A DNA stretch of 42,587 nucleotides from Candidatus Kaiserbacteria bacterium RIFCSPHIGHO2_01_FULL_46_22 (lineage in GTDB: Bacteria; Patescibacteriota; Minisyncoccia; Phycocordibacterales; UBA918): positions 5,618 to 48,204 of the forward strand of contig MFKO01000008.1 of NCBI GenBank assembly GCA_001779595.1. The letters are read 5' to 3'. A program made the position numbers and the translations under genes. How positions within the stretch are numbered: position 1 is the first letter of the stretch; every line of letters begins with the position of its first letter. This document shows positions 16,296-24,905 of this stretch, one piece after another. The notes under the pieces are model-generated. The model was not told where the DNA came from and searched no databases. It saw only the letters and a list, made by a program, of their open reading frames with translations.

Positions 16296-16555
16296 CGAGT
16301 ACAAAAATCCGCTCACACATTTGTGTGGGCGATTTTTGTTCGTGGAGATGGAGAAAGCAAACTGCTTTGCTTTCGTGCGGAGTTGAACAGGCGGAGCTAT
16401 GTTTTTCTTCCCTTCCTAGAAGAAAAACGAGCGAGCCGGGCCGGCAAGTACTTATGAACGCAGTGAATTAGTAACTTGGTATGTCAACTCCGCCCATCTC
16501 CACGAGTACAAAAATCCACACGTTACGTGTGGATTTTTTGTTCGTGGAGATGGAG
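16277..16555 (+). repeat. Duplicated and mirrored tmRNA 3' end
   Basis: 34-nt direct repeat 16277-16310 / 16484-16517 (1 mismatch); each copy is followed by a short hairpin and then an antisense copy (16331-16353, 16532-16555). Confidence 0.85.
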
Positions 16556-16585
16556 TGATTTATTCTTTCCTACCCGTTTCTAGAT

Positions 16586-17458
16586 CTATGGATTACAAAC
16601 AAAAACTGCTTCTGCCGTAAAGCTACCGTCGGGATTTGGTCCTCCTACTAACGTTACTCTGTCCCCTGTTTTCAAATCTGATACAGAAGCAGGACCGGCA
16701 GGAGTGTCGATGGTTGCCTGTCTGGCGAGATTAACGGTCAGGTTCTGATTGTCATTTCTCTCAATAGTAAATGAGTCGTTCCCCACACTAACAATCTCTC
16801 CTACGCCGCCAGTACCGCCACAAAGATCTTCTCCTTGCGGAACTTCACCCTCTTGCTCATTATCTAAACGCTCAGACTGCATACCACCAGCGCCACCTCT
16901 TGGATTAATCACCGGCTGATGACTGATTGGATAAACAACCAACCCATAAAATGCCGCCGCTGCAACAACACTCACAACTGCTGCAATGATTATATTTTTG
17001 TAGTTCTTGGCGCGGACCCACTTGTCGAGAATCACAAACACAAAGTAGCCGATCATGAAACCGAGCGCATTCAATATCACATCATCAATATCAAATATGC
17101 CTACCTTGAGCACTACCTGCATTGTCTCGATAGCTAGACCGGTAGCAGTGGCTAGGGCGAGAGTTTTTTTCCACGTGATGTTCTGATACACAAAAGGCAC
17201 AAGGAATCCGATTGGCACTAGCAACACGATATTTCCAACCAGATTAATGCCCGCAATAATCAGCCCTTTATAGCCGAACAAATAAGGCAAAATGGTCTTG
17301 AATGGCACGAAGTTTGGGGCATGTCCCGCATCAGTTCCGCCAAAATTCAGCATCAGTTGACCCACTCTGATCATTGGTATGTCTTTAAACACCATCACTT
17401 TGACCAGAAGGGCACTAAAGGCAACAAGAATTACAGCTGGGATTAAACGCTTCCACAT
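16586..17458 (-). CDS. VanZ family membrane protein with C-terminal DUF5666-like OB domain
   Basis: NFVPFKTI, NLVGNIVLLVPIGF, IETMQ...GIFDIDDVILNALG; C-terminal GEIVSV...DLKTGDRVTLVG..DGSFTAEAV. Confidence 0.8.
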   Translation of the reverse strand: MWKRLIPAVILVAFSALLVKVMVFKDIPMIRVGQLMLNFGGTDAGHAPNFVPFKTILPYLFGYKGLIIAGINLVGNIVLLVPIGFLVPFVYQNITWKKTLALATATGLAIETMQVVLKVGIFDIDDVILNALGFMIGYFVFVILDKWVRAKNYKNIIIAAVVSVVAAAAFYGLVVYPISHQPVINPRGGAGGMQSERLDNEQEGEVPQGEDLCGGTGGVGEIVSVGNDSFTIERNDNQNLTVNLARQATIDTPAGPASVSDLKTGDRVTLVGGPNPDGSFTAEAVFVCNP

Positions 17459-17486
17459 AACTTTATAATACCAGTTTTTGCAGGAC

Positions 17487-17924
17487 CTATCCGCGACGCG
17501 CGTGATGCGGAAGTGGGTCTTTTTTTACCGCCGCGTATTGAGCACCATAGACAGACAAGAGAAGGAGTCCTGTTGCTTGCACCACGCAGCTCATAAAGTG
17601 TCCGAGTGTCATCTGCTCACCGATGTTGCGATAGAAGAAGAATGCGATCGCCATTACGAACGCTGCCAACACCAACGCAAATCTACGAGTCTGCCAGCCG
17701 ATAACTAACGCTACGCCAGAAACAACCTCCAAAACGAACGCCAGTATGACCGCTACAAAAGGAAGCGGCACGCCGACTGCACCCGACATTTCGACCTGCA
17801 TTGTGAAACTCTCTGTTCCAGGAATTTTAAAAAGTGCACTCATCAAAAAAACGAGGCCAAAGACAACCCGAGCGATCGTGGCTGCCCAATTTTCGTAAGT
17901 TGATGAAAAAATAAACCTTGTCAT
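17487..17924 (-). CDS. DoxX family membrane protein
   Basis: IARVVFGLVFLMSALFK, LEVVSGVALVIGWQTR, C-terminal YGAQYAAV. Confidence 0.85.
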   Translation of the reverse strand: MTRFIFSSTYENWAATIARVVFGLVFLMSALFKIPGTESFTMQVEMSGAVGVPLPFVAVILAFVLEVVSGVALVIGWQTRRFALVLAAFVMAIAFFFYRNIGEQMTLGHFMSCVVQATGLLLLSVYGAQYAAVKKDPLPHHARRG

Positions 17925-18061
17925 AAATAGTTTTGACTAATGGTTAATAACCTTCTGAATATTATATACCCAAGGATTAACGTCCAATTGACGAACCTTA
18001 TTGTAAATGGTTTTATTGCCCGCAATGCCCACTGAGGGGCAGCGCTCTATGGAGGATTTAG

Positions 18062-18769
18062 ATGACTACCGCTAACTGCTACCGGTTCTCACCGGATTCC
18101 GACAACACAATGCAGGTTATTTCCGGACTTCCGGCCAAAAAAACCTACAGGAATGGACAGGCGGAGTACTTTGTCCAAGTTGCTGCAGAACACTCCAACC
18201 ATGAAGTGTTCGCTGCTAACGACATAGTCGTGACCAAGGGCGAAGATATGTATCGTGTATATCGTGCAAACCTTGTCGAAACGGAACGTACCGAAAAAAC
18301 ACCGGCTACGAACTACGAACTGGTCCGATATTCGGGCACTTACAACACCACGCTTCTTCTTGTGATGTCCCGACCTGACGTGGCAAGTAACACTGGTACG
18401 TCTAGGCCACACTTCGAAAAGGTAGTCACTTGGATCGGTGCCGACGGAACTGGCCTAACGCTACAGGCCGGACGACACCAATCGCATTCCAAGGCACAGC
18501 TGTTCAAATTGCGTGAAAGTGAATCCATTCTGTTCATCGACTCGAAGAAGGAGGTGACCAAAATCACCGCCAACAAGTTCAAGGAAAGGCCTACCTGCAC
18601 CCGTGCTAGCAACGGCGAAGTTGCCGACTACGTGATCGGAGAAGCCAGGAAACGAGGTAACAATCCAAGTACCCGTGCGTGGTGCTTCTACGCACTTCAA
18701 GAACTCGGATGCCAGAAACAACTCGATGAATTCAGTCGTATATTTCCCGGCTTCCGGCCGAAGAGCTAA
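18062..18769 (+). CDS. Hypothetical protein (235 aa)
   Basis: GGAGGA SD, TTGACG -35 upstream, own terminator; no family recognised. Confidence 0.75.
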   Translation: MTTANCYRFSPDSDNTMQVISGLPAKKTYRNGQAEYFVQVAAEHSNHEVFAANDIVVTKGEDMYRVYRANLVETERTEKTPATNYELVRYSGTYNTTLLLVMSRPDVASNTGTSRPHFEKVVTWIGADGTGLTLQAGRHQSHSKAQLFKLRESESILFIDSKKEVTKITANKFKERPTCTRASNGEVADYVIGEARKRGNNPSTRAWCFYALQELGCQKQLDEFSRIFPGFRPKS

Positions 18770-18787
18770 CGACTGACTGTCGACACA

Positions 18788-18827
18788 AGTAAAGCCCGCC
18801 AATAATCATTGGCGGGCTACTTTTTTT
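18788..18827. terminator. Bidirectional terminator (AGCCCGCC family, also 23292-23332)
   Basis: AGCCCGCCAAT-AATC-ATTGGCGGGCT followed by a T tract. Confidence 0.75.
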
Positions 18828-18839
18828 ATAAGAAACGTC

Positions 18840-19250
18840 TTAGTTTCCGTACCAAGATTTCTGCCAGTCCTGCATTTGTTTAATTTCTGTTGTCTGGGCC
18901 GAAATAATTGCGTTGGCCATAGTTTTGATTTCTTCGTGTTTGCCATTTTCGAGAGCGGCTTTGGCCATCTCGACTGCTCCTTCGTGATGCATAACCATTT
19001 CTGCAAGGAAGGCCTGATCAAACTCGTCGCCAGTCTTTCCCTCTAGTCCTCGCATCATTCCATCCATAGCGCCGCCCATATTGCGGTTCATACTAACGTT
19101 CATTTCGTCAGACTCGTTACGCATCATCTGGCCACCACCCATCATATGTTCACCTGCCTCAGGCGTTTCTTTATTGCTAGCTACTGCATATCCGCCTCCT
19201 GCACCAATAACCAGAGCGGCTAAAGCAACCAGAATAATCTTTGTGTCCAT
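18840..19250 (-). CDS. DUF305 (CopM-like, Met-rich) exported protein
   Basis: N-terminal signal/TM, Met-rich linker, FDQAFLAEMVMHHEGAVEMA...AQTTEIKQMQDW. Confidence 0.85.
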   Translation of the reverse strand: MDTKIILVALAALVIGAGGGYAVASNKETPEAGEHMMGGGQMMRNESDEMNVSMNRNMGGAMDGMMRGLEGKTGDEFDQAFLAEMVMHHEGAVEMAKAALENGKHEEIKTMANAIISAQTTEIKQMQDWQKSWYGN

Positions 19251-19360
19251 AGTGATCTAAAGTTAAATGTTTTAAAGGGTCTCAAGGCTTTTAACTCACA
19301 TAATATTATGCACGCTTAAATGAATAAACCCTGGACACAAGAGTAGTATTCTTAATACGT

Positions 19361-19813
19361 ATGAATCATCATCAAAATTACAATCGTTTATTCGCTATGT
19401 TTGTACTCCATTTCATTGCCATGTACATACTTATGTACGCGATGGTGGATACATTTGGAAATATACACCCCAACCACAACCAGTTTTATATGGCTGCCCT
19501 GATGGCGGCGCCAATGGTGATACTGGAGCTTCTTATCATGGGTTCGATGTACCCAAAGAAAAGGCTGAATCTAGGCATCATCGCTGCTGGATTGGTGGTG
19601 CTTGCTTGCTCATTCTTTTTTATCCGAGAGCAAGTTGCGATTGACGACGAACAATTTCTTAAGTCCATGATCCCACACCATGCGGGAGCCATCCTGATGT
19701 GTAGTAAAGCGAAGCTGATCGATCCGGAAATACTGGAGCTTTGTGAAAATATAAATTCAGGACAGCAATCGGAAATTGACTGGATGAACGGGAAACTCGA
19801 CTCTGTGAAGTAA
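19361..19813 (+). CDS. DUF305 domain membrane protein
   Basis: Three TMs, then DEQFLKSMIPHHAGAILMC...QQSEIDWM. Confidence 0.85.
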   Translation: MNHHQNYNRLFAMFVLHFIAMYILMYAMVDTFGNIHPNHNQFYMAALMAAPMVILELLIMGSMYPKKRLNLGIIAAGLVVLACSFFFIREQVAIDDEQFLKSMIPHHAGAILMCSKAKLIDPEILELCENINSGQQSEIDWMNGKLDSVK

Positions 19814-19840
19814 TGCCTCTGCGGTGGCCGAAACTCTATA

Positions 19841-19877
19841 AAACAAAACCGCCACGTCAGACGTGGCGGTTTTGTTT
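19841..19877. terminator. Bidirectional terminator
   Basis: 18-bp perfect inverted repeat with a 1-nt centre. Confidence 0.75.
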
Positions 19878-19898
19878 ATTTTAAGTAAGTAGCGACTC

Positions 19899-20732
19899 TT
19901 ACAAGCTTATTCCAGAACGGATAGGTGCATCAGTCTCAACATCAACGTCAGTTACGCCAGTATCGAGTCCACCATCAACGCTGGTGTCGACTTCGATCGA
20001 GGAGCTAGCATTGTCATCGTCGGTGCTGGTGTCTGATTGTGTATTAGTTTCATTTCTAACCTCTGCATCGGTATCGGAACCAATGTTCAAATCAAGGACT
20101 CCGTTACCGCCAGACACGTTGAGGTTGATGTCATTCAGAACATTGGCATGAGCACGGAGAGATCCTTCAAGCGAAGATCGCACAGTTGTCGATGCTTCCT
20201 GATTTCCATCGGCGGCGGCCTCGGCACTCAATTCCTTAGCCTCATCATAGTGAGCTTTGATACGCAAGCCAAGATAGGCAGCGTGTTCAGTAGTAAGTTC
20301 ACCGCGCGCGGACAACTCCTCAGCTTCCTCTAATCTTTCTTCTGCGAGGCGAGCCTGTAGTTTGGCCTCAGCTTCGTTAGAAATTGCAAAGGCACTTCTG
20401 ATATTCTCATTCACTTCGATCTTTACTGGATAGAGAACATCTCCAGGCACAGCTGCTTCTGCGGCGTATGATGTTCCTCCTCCGGCCAACAATACGATAA
20501 CCATTATTGCAGCAGTCATAGATTTTGGTTGTTTAAATAGGTTAAATAATGAAGTACTCTGTGGTACTTGCCCTATAGAACGACTATCCGCTCCTACTCT
20601 TACACCATCCTTTACACTGTGAAAACGAGCATACTCAAGAAGATCCGCTTGCATCCGGGCGCGCGAAGATTCTGACAACTTCATGCCTTTCAATTTACTT
20701 AGATATTCAATTGTTTTATCGTTCGGGTTCAT
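19899..20732 (-). CDS. Putative anti-sigma factor with DUF5667-like domain
   Basis: TM, then AAEAAVPGDVLYPVK..NE...AEERLEEA; 4-nt overlap with the ECF sigma gene. Confidence 0.75.
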   Translation of the reverse strand: MNPNDKTIEYLSKLKGMKLSESSRARMQADLLEYARFHSVKDGVRVGADSRSIGQVPQSTSLFNLFKQPKSMTAAIMVIVLLAGGGTSYAAEAAVPGDVLYPVKIEVNENIRSAFAISNEAEAKLQARLAEERLEEAEELSARGELTTEHAAYLGLRIKAHYDEAKELSAEAAADGNQEASTTVRSSLEGSLRAHANVLNDINLNVSGGNGVLDLNIGSDTDAEVRNETNTQSDTSTDDDNASSSIEVDTSVDGGLDTGVTDVDVETDAPIRSGISL

Positions 20733-21226
20733 ATATGTAATTTTTGCTGTAGTCGTTTGGTTGCCCGACTGAGTCGTACCGATATCACATTCGCTGTCTC
20801 CTCAAGAATTTCAGCAATATCTTTTGGATCAAGTCCCTCAACGTATTTCAAAAGCAGTACCTCCTTATCCTTTTCTTCCATATCATCAATAGTATCGAGG
20901 ATCTCGTAGTAGCCAGCCGTCGTCTCCGGACTAGCGTTTTTGTCCGCTGGCACACGGCCGGATTCCATCTGATCATCGAGCGAAACCGCCCGCTTCTTCT
21001 TATACCAGTCTTTGGCTAGGTTATTGGCAATCGTGTAAAGGAGCGAGCGGGTATTGCTCATTTCTTTGCCGTTGCGCAAATACTGCCAATATCTCGTAAA
21101 CACCTCCTGAGTCATATCTTCTGCCTGTTCGACATTAGATACTTTCATCATACAAAAACGAAAAATTGCGTCTCCGTATTCAGAGAAAGTTTTTACGAAT
21201 ACTTTTTCCAAATCCTCCTGATTCAT
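20729..21226 (-). CDS. ECF RNA polymerase sigma factor
   Basis: AEDMTQEVF, LYTIANNLAKDWYKK, LKYVEGL..KDIAEIL...VISVRLSRA. Confidence 0.92.
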   Translation of the reverse strand: MNQEDLEKVFVKTFSEYGDAIFRFCMMKVSNVEQAEDMTQEVFTRYWQYLRNGKEMSNTRSLLYTIANNLAKDWYKKKRAVSLDDQMESGRVPADKNASPETTAGYYEILDTIDDMEEKDKEVLLLKYVEGLDPKDIAEILEETANVISVRLSRATKRLQQKLHI

Positions 21227-21367
21227 ATAACGACTGTATATACATAACTCTTACACGCAAAGCGGACCAAATCAAATGTTACTTTCCTTAAAGGTCCGCT
21301 CCGCTTGATTTTAAACGACCAAATACCGTATAGTGCACATTAGCAACTTTGTTCCGAGGAGGAAGTC

Positions 21368-21772
21368 ATGAACAAGACTCATGAGAGCGATACCAGTGGC
21401 AATCGTCCGCTGTCTAAGTATGCCCAGAAAAAACTGGAGCAAGCCTTGGGGATTAGACCTTTCTTTGAATTCGTAGAGAGGGGGTCGACCGCCCTTTGGT
21501 TGGCTAATCTGGCCGAGCCAGTCGAACGCACTATGTCGATCGAGGTCACTACCAGGACCCTCACAGCCACGGTCATCAAGAGGACTACAGGAAACATTTT
21601 CCTTCACACTAAAGAAGGTGAGCTCATCTACCTGAGTTTCAACCGAATCAGGAAGAGTGTATTCCGAAAGCAAATAAAGGTTGGTACCGTACTCAAATGC
21701 CTAGTGGTTCCCCACCCTGACGGTGGCAAGGACCCTCGAGTGAAAGAAGTGTTATCCATCATCAGCGTGTAA
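21368..21772 (+). CDS. Hypothetical protein, possible cold-shock-like OB fold at the C-terminus
   Basis: GAGGAGG SD; the pattern GNIFL..GELIYL..IKVGTVLKC..PRVKEV resembles a CSD/OB fold. Confidence 0.6.
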   Translation: MNKTHESDTSGNRPLSKYAQKKLEQALGIRPFFEFVERGSTALWLANLAEPVERTMSIEVTTRTLTATVIKRTTGNIFLHTKEGELIYLSFNRIRKSVFRKQIKVGTVLKCLVVPHPDGGKDPRVKEVLSIISV

Positions 21773-21889
21773 CACTAGATGAAGCGAATAGGCGCCCTGC
21801 CAATTGCGGGGCGTTTTCTTTTGTGGAGCAGCTTGATATTGCGTAGTCAATGTCGTATTGTTCGCGCAGCGGCAACATAGGAGAGTGTC

Positions 21890-22243
21890 ATGCTTTTAGC
21901 GATCGACGTGATGAATCGGTTTGAGAGAGGACAATTGGTTTTCGCTGACGAGGCCAAAGGGCATACACTTTGCGGCAAAATTGAAAGCATCGCCGTGGAG
22001 TGGGGATTTCTTATCGAAATGAAGCTGTCCTGCTTGGTCTTCTGGGCAGGAACGCAGGTGTGGATCAGTCACGACAACTACTCACTAGCAATCGATACGG
22101 AGTTTTCTTTTATCGAAGAAGGCGATGGAGAGTCGATTGGTATATGGAATCTGTACAACCGCCAGTCGTTCATGTTTACCCTTCCCAAAACCATCGAAAT
22201 GGATTGGGCAACAGTCAAAGAACTAGAACTTAAGGCCATGTGA
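21890..22243 (+). CDS. Hypothetical protein (117 aa)
   Basis: AGGAG SD, TTGATA-17-TATTGT promoter, terminator at 22273-22306. Confidence 0.65.
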   Translation: MLLAIDVMNRFERGQLVFADEAKGHTLCGKIESIAVEWGFLIEMKLSCLVFWAGTQVWISHDNYSLAIDTEFSFIEEGDGESIGIWNLYNRQSFMFTLPKTIEMDWATVKELELKAM

Positions 22244-22404
22244 CCAAGACGACCTAGAGCCATCCTAAAATTAGGAGCCTGCGATTAATTTCGCGAGGCT
22301 CCTTTTGTTATTGCCATTTCCGTTGGTTTTAGGTAGTGTGGGCGCAGAAAAGACCCGCGCCGCGGGTCTTAATTCGTACATCGACAACCCAGGAGGAATG
22401 AACA

Positions 22405-23268
22405 ATGCGTAATTTCCGCAAAATGCTCGAAAGCCAATGGTCGCGAGGACATTTCGTCTGTGTCGGACTCGACACAGATCCGCGAAAAGTCCCCCGATCG
22501 GCAAGAAAAGCGTCGCCTGTGATGGAAGCGGATTATGATCATGTCGAGACAATGGTGGCTTTCAACAAAGCAAACATTGACGCGACACACGATCTTGTGT
22601 GCGCCTACAAGCCCAACATTGCCTTTTACGAGGCGTACGGTGCTGAAGGATTATCGGGGCTTAGTCGAACAATCAATCATGTCCGCAGAGTCGCTCCGGA
22701 CGTACCGGTAATTCTCGACGCCAAACGCGCCGACATTGGCAATACCAATGAAGGCTACACGACGATGGCGTTCGACTTGATGCAAGCCGACGCCATCACC
22801 GTCAATCCCTATCTCGGCAGCGAGGCCTTGCGGCCTTTTCTCGAACGGGCAGACAAGGGCATCTTCGTACTTTGCCGCACTTCCAACCCAGGTGCCGGCG
22901 AGTTCCAAGACCTACCTGTCCATGTGGCCGGGTATAAGACTAAGCCGTTATATGAAGTAGTGGCAGACAACATCGCCAGGGACTGGAACAAGAATAAAAA
23001 CTGCGGCTTGGTTGTGGGTGCCACAAATCCCGAACAACTGCGGAGCGTCCGCAGACTAATCGGTGATATGCCGATCCTGATTCCAGGTATCGGGGAGCAA
23101 GGCGGCAGTCTTGAGAAAAGTGTCGCGGCCGGCAAAGACAGCCGCGGTGAAGGTATGATAATCAACGCTTCGCGCAGCATTATCTACGCGTCGACCGGTT
23201 CCGACTTCGCCGAAGCTGCCCGGGAAGAAACGAAACGCATGAGCGATCTCATCAACCAATATCGCTAG
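22405..23268 (+). CDS. pyrF: Orotidine-5'-phosphate decarboxylase
   Basis: CVGLD, AYKPNIAFYE, ILDAKRADIGNT, TVNPYLG, CRTSNPG, VVGAT, LIPGIGEQGG, NASRSII. Confidence 0.96.
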   Translation: MRNFRKMLESQWSRGHFVCVGLDTDPRKVPRSARKASPVMEADYDHVETMVAFNKANIDATHDLVCAYKPNIAFYEAYGAEGLSGLSRTINHVRRVAPDVPVILDAKRADIGNTNEGYTTMAFDLMQADAITVNPYLGSEALRPFLERADKGIFVLCRTSNPGAGEFQDLPVHVAGYKTKPLYEVVADNIARDWNKNKNCGLVVGATNPEQLRSVRRLIGDMPILIPGIGEQGGSLEKSVAAGKDSRGEGMIINASRSIIYASTGSDFAEAAREETKRMSDLINQYR

Positions 23269-23346
23269 CCTTGCAATATCAAGGTATAAAAAGTAAAAGC
23301 CCGCCGAAATCATTCGGCGGGCTAAATTTTTTACATCAACTAGATG

Positions 23347-24051
23347 TTATCCCATGATGGCCATCAGGCGTGACCAGTTTTTCTTCACTTCCCATTCGAT
23401 CAGGCCGGCGGCGATGTCGTACGAGACAGCCGGGTCGTCCTGTTCGTACTCCGGATAGGCTTCACGGATGGAGGCGACGACTGGCAGACTTTTATAGGTC
23501 TTATCGTGGAGCGGTGAGCGATTGAGTGCGCCCACAAGCAGCACTACCTTTGCGCCGGTCCCAGAGATCTCGGCCAGAGTGTTGTCGGTGTTTTGGAAGT
23601 TGTTGAAGACATCTTCGGCTACTGCAACACGTTCTCCCGGCTTGAAGTCGAACTGGGACAGATCCCATTCGTATTCTTGCTTCTTCCCGGCCTCAGTAGG
23701 TTTCGGCTTCTTGTCCGCATACACGAACCGTTTGTCGGCAATGAGCGCGAGCATCTGACCGAACGTTCGACCACCCTGCGGAATGCCGCAGACTGTATCG
23801 AACGAATCGAAAAGACCTTGTTGATCGAGCTTTTCGCAAACTACCTCAGTAAAGGTTTGGACAATTTTCGGATGTGACTCGATGCGCCGAAAATTGAAGT
23901 AAATATCTCCGACCAAGTTTCTTCCTTGACTGTCCTTTCCTGCGTACGCGACCAACGGCCCTCTGCGAACCCCATCATCTTTGGGGCAGACATACACTGC
24001 ATTGCATTGTTTTCCAAGCCTCAGAAGAGCATCGTTTTGAATAATTACCAC
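23347..24051 (-). CDS. pyrE: Orotate phosphoribosyltransferase-like protein (divergent)
   Basis: PRTase fold: IYFNF, VCGIPQGG, FVYADK, GERVAVAEDVFNN, ALNRS; convergent with pyrF; GTG start after GGAGG. Confidence 0.7.
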   Translation of the reverse strand: MVIIQNDALLRLGKQCNAVYVCPKDDGVRRGPLVAYAGKDSQGRNLVGDIYFNFRRIESHPKIVQTFTEVVCEKLDQQGLFDSFDTVCGIPQGGRTFGQMLALIADKRFVYADKKPKPTEAGKKQEYEWDLSQFDFKPGERVAVAEDVFNNFQNTDNTLAEISGTGAKVVLLVGALNRSPLHDKTYKSLPVVASIREAYPEYEQDDPAVSYDIAAGLIEWEVKKNWSRLMAIMG

Positions 24052-24082
24052 AGCACACCTCCATTTCAATTCAATGTGCAAA

Positions 24083-24110
24083 CCTAAGCTTTAGGGCAGC
24101 TTATTTGCCC
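24083..24110 (-). promoter_or_regulatory. H-type pseudoknot in the pyrE leader
   Basis: GGGCA-AA-TAAGC-TGCCC-TAAA-GCTTA on the - strand. Confidence 0.45.
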
Positions 24111-24232
24111 GATCGGTCCTTTTCGGTCCTGCGCACCACCATATATAAAACAGTCCCTAAAAGCAATCTAAAATCTACACCTTTCCCTCCCAGACACGGC
24201 CTCTCTTTCTTTTGTATATAATATAGATACCT

Positions 24233-24841
24233 ATGCAGACGACCGGAAAGAAAGTGATCGCACTAGACTTTGATGACGTGGTCGCTCACTTCAACGCCCA
24301 CTTTGTTGTCTTTCACAACAAACGTTATGGTACTGACCTTGCCTACGAAAACCTTTATCTCTACGACAACTGGGAACTTATGTACGGGTGCGATAGAGAA
24401 ACGATGGCGCTACGTGCACATGAGTTTTATAACTCCAGAGAACACCAAGAAATCAAACCAGTGCCAGGCGCATTGGAAGCAATCACTCACCTCTCACAAA
24501 ATTATTCACTTCAAATCGTCACGAGTAGGCCAGAACATATCCGTGATGTCACTTTGAATTGGATCAATGAATTTTTTCCTGTCCACTTTGAAAAAATACA
24601 CTTTACCAACGGCTTCATGGGGGCTGCCGGATCAATAATCAAAAAGAAGTCCGAGGTGTGCCGAGAAATTGGCGCTACGGTAATAATTGATGACGCAATC
24701 AAACATGTTAAAGATGTGGCAGCCAGTGGACTACCTGCCCTGCTTTTTGATCGGCCCTGGAACCGTGAGGAAATTCCCTCTGGTATCCATCGAATGCACT
24801 CATGGCAAGAAATAGTAGACTGGATAAAAATGAACGCTTAA
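24233..24841 (+). CDS. HAD-superfamily 5'(3')-deoxyribonucleotidase-like protein
   Basis: IALDFDDVV, PVPGALEAI, IVTSR, KSEVC, IIDDA, RPWN. Confidence 0.85.
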   Translation: MQTTGKKVIALDFDDVVAHFNAHFVVFHNKRYGTDLAYENLYLYDNWELMYGCDRETMALRAHEFYNSREHQEIKPVPGALEAITHLSQNYSLQIVTSRPEHIRDVTLNWINEFFPVHFEKIHFTNGFMGAAGSIIKKKSEVCREIGATVIIDDAIKHVKDVAASGLPALLFDRPWNREEIPSGIHRMHSWQEIVDWIKMNA

Positions 24842-24905
24842 ATATCACTTCTCAAACATTGAGTTTGGATAATTTTCCCTCGCCCGTGATACAATCACGC
24901 GCATT

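Noticed and set aside
16277-16555. CRISPR array
   Set aside because: Only two copies 207 nt apart, derived from the tmRNA 3' end; no regular spacers and no cas genes.
21200-21300. ECF autoregulatory promoter (GTAAC...CGT)
   Set aside because: The spacing is about 20 nt, longer than typical, and no second instance was found.
16295-24200. Prophage or integrative island at tmRNA
   Set aside because: No integrase, no phage genes and no distal att copy were seen.
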